From Eledone cirrhosa (lineage: Eukaryota): a stretch of DNA of 64,000 nt. A program made the position numbers and the translations under genes. The notes below the pieces were generated by a model. It was not told the origin of the DNA. It worked only from the letters and a program-made list of their open reading frames with translations, and ran no database searches. The DNA lies in NCBI GenBank assembly GCA_964016885.1, contig OZ024745.1:32240001-32304000 (forward strand), given 5' to 3'. Shown here piece by piece: positions 55,531 to 64,000 of this stretch (the stretch's first letter is position 1; each line of letters begins with the position of its first letter).

Positions 55531-56793
55531 ACTTATGCTGTGCCAATTCTAACGCCAACATTTGGCCTACTGAACTGGTCATTGCAAGAACTAAGTGAGA
55601 TGGATGTTAGAACTCGCAAACTTCTCAGTGTTACTGGGAACTTTAACATCAATGGTGATGTGGATAGGCTATACTTCTCACGCAAGGAAGGTGGCCGGGG
55701 TCTAAAATCAATATTAACAACATATGAGACCCGGATAGTGACACTGAAGCAACACCTTCAACAGAGGAAAAAGGTTGGCAACCATCTTGACCAGGTTTAT
55801 GACCATGAAAAAAGAAATATCATTAGAATAGCGACTGATCTGGAGGAGAGATATGGAATAAAGCCCGATATAAATCTCTCACCCAGTGAAATCGGAAGAT
55901 CCTATTCAATGTTCAAACAAGAAAAAAACATTGACCAATTTACAGAAAAAGTTGTGCATGGATACTTGAGGCGTAAAACACAGACCATAGAGGGGATAAA
56001 CCACTCAAAAAGCCTGGCATGGAGTTCCGACAAGTTTATGACATCACACCTTGAGGGATATCTCTATGCAATACAGGAACAAGAACTCCCTACCAAATAT
56101 CTGCTGCACAAAAGAGGAGGGCCAGCAGCTGACAATAAATGTAGGCTATGTAAAACAAAGATCGAGGATGTAAGCCACATTGTTGCCAGCTGCGAAAGAA
56201 TGTCATCTCGCTACTACCTCCCCATGAGACACGATGGGATAGCTAGAACCATCTGGAACGCACTTCGGAAAACAAAATTAACAACAAACGAGGAAGAATA
56301 TATTGAGACAGATGGCACTAAGGAATACTGGTGGAACCTGAAAATAAAAACTGCCACCAGATTAAAGCACAACCGGCCTGATATTGTAGTTTGGGACCAC
56401 ACATTGAAAACGTGTTCTGTTGTGGAGATCAGCTGCCCACTTGATGTAAACGTTGTCAGAAAAATACAGGAGAAGGAGGACATCTACGGACCAATGATGA
56501 GGAGTTTACAAATCCAGTATCCAAGATACACCTTTAGCTTCATACCCATCATTAGTGGTGCTACGGGTTATATACCAACCCGCTTGGACCAAAGTATGAC
56601 TGAACTTGGATTTGCGGACAAAAAGCGCAGCTCCCTAATTCATAGTCTACAAATGGCTGCGATAGCTGGCACCTTCAAAATTTGCAAAACATTCTTGCGA
56701 TTCAAGGGATGACAATTTCTTTTCTTTTACAACCTTGCCACCAGGAAGGTGGCCGGTCAAAAAAATATACTCAAAATTAAGAGAAAGAGAAAA
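55531..56793 (+). mobile_element. 5'-truncated R4/Dong-clade non-LTR retrotransposon (restriction-like endonuclease type)
   Basis: [43 protein letters not shown] (CCHC), RHD, NRPDIV..EISCP..K (PD-D/ExK). About 390 aa without stops, ending at 56712, then an ~80-nt 3' UTR. Confidence 0.9.
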
Positions 56794-56984
56794 CATATAC
56801 ATACATATATACATACATATATATATACATATATATACATATATATACATATATATATATATACACATATATATATATATATATACATATATACATATAT
56901 ATACATATATATATATATATATACATATATATACATATATATATATATATATACATATATATACATATATATATATATATATAC

Positions 56985-57049
<65 letters not shown>

Positions 57050-57238
57050 CATATACATATACATATATATACATATATATATACATATATATACATATAT
57101 ATATACATATATATACATATATATATATATATACATATATATATACATATATATACATATATATATATATATACATATATACATATATATACATATATAT
57201 ACATATATACATATATATACATATATACATATATATAC

Positions 57239-57291
<53 letters not shown>

Positions 57292-57470
57292 CATATATAT
57301 ATACATATACATATATATATACATATATATATATATATACATATATATACATATATACATATATATACATATATATATAAATACATATATATATACATAT
57401 AAATACATATATATATACATATATATACATATATATATACATATATATATACATACATATATATATATAT

Positions 57471-57617
<147 letters not shown>

Positions 57618-57618
57618 C

Positions 57619-57649
<31 letters not shown>

Positions 57650-58164
57650 CATATATATATACATATATACATATATACATATATTTATACATATATACAT
57701 ATATATATATGTACATATATACATATATATACATATATACATATATACATATATACATATATACATATATATACATATATACATATATACATATATATAT
57801 ATACATATACATATATACATATACATATATACATATATACATATATACATATATACATATACATATATACATATATACATATACATATATACATATATAC
57901 ATACATATATACATACATATATACATACATATATACATACATATATACATACATATATACATATATATATACATATATATATACATATATATATACATAT
58001 ATATATACATATATATATACATATATATATACATATATATATACATATATATATACATATATATATACATATATATATACATATATATATACATATATAT
58101 ATACATATATATATACATATATATATACATATATATATACATATATATATACATATATATATAC

Positions 58165-58195
<31 letters not shown>

Positions 58196-58818
58196 CATAT
58201 ATATATACATATATATATACATATACATATATACATACATATATACATACATATATACATACATACATATATACATATATATATACATATATATATATAC
58301 ATATATATATATACATATATATATACATATATATATACATATATATATACATATATATATACATATATATATACATATATATATACATATATATATACAT
58401 ATATATATACATATATATATACATATATATATACATATATATATACATATATATATACATATATATATATACATATATATACATATATATACATATATAT
58501 ATATACATATATATATATACATATATATATACATACATATATATATATACATATATATATACATATATATATATACATATATATATACATATATATATAC
58601 ATATATATATATACATATATATATATACATATATATATATACATATATATATATACATATATATATATACATATACATATATATATATATACATATATAT
58701 ATACATATATATATATATTCATATATATATATACATATATATATACATATATATATATATTCATATATATATATACATATATATATACATATATATATAT
58801 ATTCATATATATATATAC

Positions 58819-58875
<57 letters not shown>

Positions 58876-58932
58876 CATATATATATACATATATACATAC
58901 ATATATACATATATATATACATATATATATAC

Positions 58933-58975
<43 letters not shown>

Positions 58976-59034
58976 CATATATACATATATATATACATAT
59001 ACATATACATATATACATATATATATACATATAC

Positions 59035-59083
<49 letters not shown>

Positions 59084-59089
59084 TATATA

Positions 59090-59372
59090 CATCATCATCA
59101 TCATCATCATCATCAGCGTTTAACGTCCGTGTTCCACGCTTGCATGGGTTTGGACGGGGGTAGTCCCACTTGAGGCAAGAGTGATTGTCTTGCTCGCATA
59201 GGACTGTCTGGCAGGTTTTCTACAGTTGGATGCCCTTCCTAACACCAACCACATTTACAGTGTGGGTCTGGGAGGTTTTTACCGTGTTGCCTACACGGCC
59301 ACATTACAGCGTGGACTGTGTGTTTTTTTGTCGTGACACCTACACGATCTCATTTGTTTCGGCCTCGATGGC
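59090..59372 (-). mobile_element. RTE family-1 3'-UTR fragment inside the TA array
   Basis: Near-identical to the reverse complement of 10495-10760. Confidence 0.92.
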
Positions 59373-59568
59373 ATATATATACATATATATATATATACAT
59401 ATATATACATATATACATACATATATACACATATATATACATATATATATACATATATACACATATATATATACATATATATATACATATATATATACAT
59501 ATATACACATATATATACATATATATATACATATATACACATATATATACATATATATATACATATAT

Positions 59569-59605
<37 letters not shown>

Positions 59606-59634
59606 TATACATATATATATACATATATATACAC

Positions 59635-59667
<33 letters not shown>

Positions 59668-59739
59668 CACATATATATAATATACATATATATACATATA
59701 TATACATATATATACATATATATATACATATATATACAC

Positions 59740-59799
<60 letters not shown>

Positions 59800-59812
59800 A
59801 TATAATATACAT

Positions 59813-59846
<34 letters not shown>

Positions 59847-60132
59847 ATATATATATACATATATATACACATATATATACATACACATATATATACATAC
59901 ACATACACATATATATACATACACATATATATACACATATATATACATATATATACACACACATATATATACACATATATATATATACACATATATATAT
60001 AAATACATATACATATATATATACACATATATATATAAATACATATACATATATATATATATATACATACATATAAATATATATATATATATATTTATAC
60101 ATATAAATATATATATATATATATTTATATGT

Positions 60133-60792
60133 AAATTAGAAATAAGAGGGATCAGATGTTGTTTACTCGAGAGAAGGCTACGTTGGTACGGTCACGTGAT
60201 GCGCATGAAAGACGACAGCTGTATAACAAAGTGCAGGGCAATAAAGATAGACGGTAGCCACGGAGTAGGCAGACCCAGAAAAACATGGGACGAGCTGATA
60301 AATTCCGACCTCACACGCTTACACCTCTCCAAGACAATGTCACTGGACCGAGACCTTTGGCGGTACTCAGTAATAGAGAAGACCCGCCTTACCTAAATAC
60401 AAAGTAAAAACCTACTACAGTCAGTAGGCATCTCTATCAAAACACCCCCCCCCCCCGTCCCACCACCTCCACCCCATCCACACCGCCCCTTTCAATGTAA
60501 AGTTATGTTGGTCCCACAACATCCAGGCCGAAACAAATGAGATCGTGTAGGTGTCACGACAAAAAAAACACACAGTTCACGCTGTAAATGTGGCCGTGTA
60601 GGCAACACGGTAAAAACCTCCCAGTCCCACACTGTAAATGTGGTTGGTGTTAGGAAGGGCATCCAGCTGTAGAAAACCTGCCAGACAGTCCTATGCGAGC
60701 AAGACAACCACTCTTGCCTCAAGTGGGAAAACCCCCGTCCAAACCCATGCAAGCGTGGAACACGGACGCTAAACCTGATGATGATGATGATA
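60133..60792 (+). mobile_element. RTE family-1 3' fragment (ORF end, UTR and GAT tail)
   Basis: High identity to 10123-10765. Confidence 0.95.
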
Positions 60793-60794
60793 TA

Positions 60795-61180
60795 CATCAT
60801 CATCATCATCATCATCATCAACGTTTAACGTCCGTGTTCCACGCTTGCATGGGTTTGGACGGGGGTAGTCCCACTTGAGGCAAGAGTGATTGTCTTGCTC
60901 GCATAGGACTGTCTGGCAGGTTTTCTACAGTTGGATGCCCTTCCTAACACCAACCACATTTACAGTGTGGGTCTGGGAGGTTTTTACCGTGTTGCCTACA
61001 CGGCCACATTACAGCGTGGACTGTGTGTTTTTTTGTCGTGACACCTACACGATCTCATTTGTTTCGGCCTGGATGGCGCGGCACCAACATAACTTTACAT
61101 AGAACGGGGTGGTGTGGATGGGGTGGGGGTGGTGGCGGGACGGGGTGTAGTTTGTTAGAGATGCCTACTGGCAAGGCGGC
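60795..61180 (-). mobile_element. RTE family-1 3' UTR, tail-to-tail with the previous copy
   Basis: Reverse complement of ~60420-60790. Confidence 0.93.
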
Positions 61181-61362
61181 ATATATATAAATATATATAC
61201 ATATATACATTGCCTTCGGATTTTCATTTTGATACATATATATATATATATATATACATATATATAAAATACATATATATACATATATATAAAATACATA
61301 TATATACATATATATAAAATACATATATATATATACATATATATATGCAAATATATATATAT

Positions 61363-61393
<31 letters not shown>

Positions 61394-61787
61394 CACATAT
61401 ATACATACATATATATATATGCACATATATACATATACATATATATACATACATATATATATGCACATATATACATATACATATATGCACATATATACAT
61501 ATACATATATATATATGCACATATATACATATACATATCATCATCATCATCATCATCATCATCACCGTTTAACGTCCGTGTTCCACGCTTGCATGGGTAT
61601 ATACACATATATATATATGCACATATATACATATACATACACATATATACATATACATATATATACACATATGTATATATATATATACACATATATATAT
61701 ACACATATATATATACATATATATATATACATATATATATATACATATATATACACACACATATATGCATACACACACACACACACA

Positions 61788-61829
<42 letters not shown>

Positions 61830-62439
61830 CATATATATTCAGAATTCTATTACTGTTTGTAATTATTCATCTTCACCATTGTTTTAATAACAACTGCTTT
61901 TTTGCACTTGCATGGATCAGGCAAGTCTGCAGTACAAGATATCGGTACTCCCCTTGACCCTCAGTCAGCTTGTCTGCAATATCTAAGCTGCTGTGTTCCA
62001 ACATACAAACACTTCTTCACGTGACTTTCCTGCTCTAAAGCGATTAAATATTGATAATTATTTTCAACGGAAAGGAATAATAAACGATTCATTAAAACTG
62101 ATGAAAGAGAACAAATAAATTTGTTAAATAAATTTATTCAATAAGTCATCAGTAATTTGTACCCTTTGTCACTCTTTCCTATTTATATTTAATTAATACT
62201 GCTTCAAGCAAGCTACAAGATTTTATAAGATAATTTCATTATTTAACTTTTCCATTATCTGGTTGAAATGATTAACATCCCTTAGTTAACATGTCTTCTT
62301 CAAATTCAAACTTAAAATCCTTGCTGTCACCTTACAAAATCCTAGCATGAGTCTTGGGGGAATTAACAGATGTTATTGTCAGGAATATGGTACAATAAAA
62401 TTCAAAGACCCACTCAAAGCTGCATTGCTAGTAGTAATA

Positions 62440-63420
62440 ATTATTTCTTTCTAACATAAGCACAAGACCAGCAATTTGGAGGAATTGATTGTATTGATCA
62501 TAGTACTTAATTAGTAATTTATTTCATCAACCCCAGAAGGATTAAAGGCAAAGATGACCCTGGTGGAATTTTAACTCAGAATTTAGAAATCTATAACTAA
62601 ATGCTACAAAACATTTTTTCCCCAATCTGTTTCAATACTGCTAAGCCACTGCTCTTATGATTTCTAATTCAAGCCCAAAGCCAACAATTTGAGGGGAGGG
62701 AAAAGTTGATTAGATCCAGCCAATATTCAACTTGTATATTATTTTATTGACCTCGGAAGGATGAAAAGCAAAATTGACCTGTGTGGAATTTGAATTCAGA
62801 ATATAAAGAACCAGAACAAATATGAAAACATATTTTGTCTGCCACTAATGATTTTGCTAACCCACTGCTCTTTTTTTGCTAATTTTTTTATGCATGGAAT
62901 CATTGTTGCAGACATTGACACACCAAAGAATTCAAGATATATTATTCCTTCTTTAATAGTTTTAGTAGAGGAGTATATAAAGGTGTACACGACATGTTTA
63001 TGTATAATAAACATATATAAATCTTGCTATGAATTTGTTAAGCTGTGATCATGTCACAGCTGTCTCAGTAACCATGTAAAGACATCAGGCACTAGTGTTT
63101 TAGGATTTTTTATGACTCGTTATATTAGTGCTACTTCCATCACACAGCTACTGAGATAGCTGTGATCATGATCACAGTTTAAAATATTTATAACAAGACT
63201 TATATATGTTTAGAAAAACTGATAGTGCATCAAATAAAATGCATTGCAATATTTTGTTATAGATCTTTACATTCTTAGTTCAAATTACACTGATGTAAAC
63301 TTTACCCTGCATCCTTCTGAAGTCAATAAAATAAAGTATCTGCCAAGTACTGGGTTGATATAATTGACTTTTCCCCCCACCAAAAATGATGGCCTTGTGC
63401 CTATGTTAGAAACCATTATG
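62440..63420. mobile_element. Three older tRNA-derived SINEs (62440-62650 -, 62660-62860 -, 63230-63420 +)
   Basis: Degenerate SINE core and tail motifs. Confidence 0.7.
63008..63212. repeat. Inverted repeat with ~63-bp arms (MITE-like)
   Basis: taaacatatataaatcttgctat..ctgtgatcatgtcacagctgtctcagta pairs with tactgagatagctgtgatcatgatcacag..ataacaagacttatatatgttta. Confidence 0.85.
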
Positions 63421-64000
63421 TATAAACATATAATATATGCCTTCATATACAACTCTTCTATGAATCACTCTGTGTTAGAGCTACCACCATCACATTGCTA
63501 CTGTGGAAACTGTGGTATGATCACTGTTTGAAACAGCCATAGTGAAACTTATATATCATCATCGTCATCGATTTAACATCCGATTTTCCTGCTAGTAAGG
63601 ATTGAACTAGTCTACATAGATCATGTCAGAACTGAAGCAGGGCTACTGATCTCCCAGGCAAGCCAAGGATTTGTCATCTCACTTATGTACAGTCTCACAT
63701 TATATATGTTTATTTTATAGTTATATATGTTTATTATATATAAATATATCATATCTGCCATCATATTCACATCTTCTCTGAATTACACTATGTCAGTGTT
63801 ACTGCTAATCCATCTAATAGTTTTATCCACTTGATTTCATAATGATGTACAGATCTATAATTTATAAGTGATTTATTATTTGTTCACAGCTACCTAGTGG
63901 TGCGACTATGAGATATTTGAACTATGCCATGCTATATAAAATCTTCACAGGAAGAAGTCAATGGATTTTAGAACAATCCAACATGGCTGCTAGTCTTCTT

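Overview
This is AT-rich, microsatellite-dense eukaryotic DNA, not prokaryotic. The SINE families, RTE LINEs with (GAT)n tails and large (TA/CA)n arrays suggest a coleoid cephalopod such as Octopus; this is an inference. No intact host protein-coding gene is evident, although several short minus-strand segments have canonical splice sites (including a 14-nt microexon candidate), so the window may be mostly intron of one large minus-strand transcript. The real ORFs belong to retroelements: two 5'-truncated RTE-clade LINEs whose RT carries an inserted PHD-like finger, further RTE fragments, a CR1-like 3' fragment, a decayed Penelope GIY-YIG remnant, and an uninterrupted R4/Dong-type C-terminal ORF inside an ~8.8-kb (TA/TACA)n array. 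There are also many tRNA-derived SINEs, TA- and TTAA-target MITEs and minisatellites. The most notable unannotated signal is a set of about ten minimal type-I hammerhead-ribozyme-like motifs of different architectures, clustered at 24-26.3 kb, two of them in the arms of a near-perfect 366-bp palindrome. Most long ORFs in the supplied track are microsatellite artefacts. Repeat boundaries were read by eye and are approximate.
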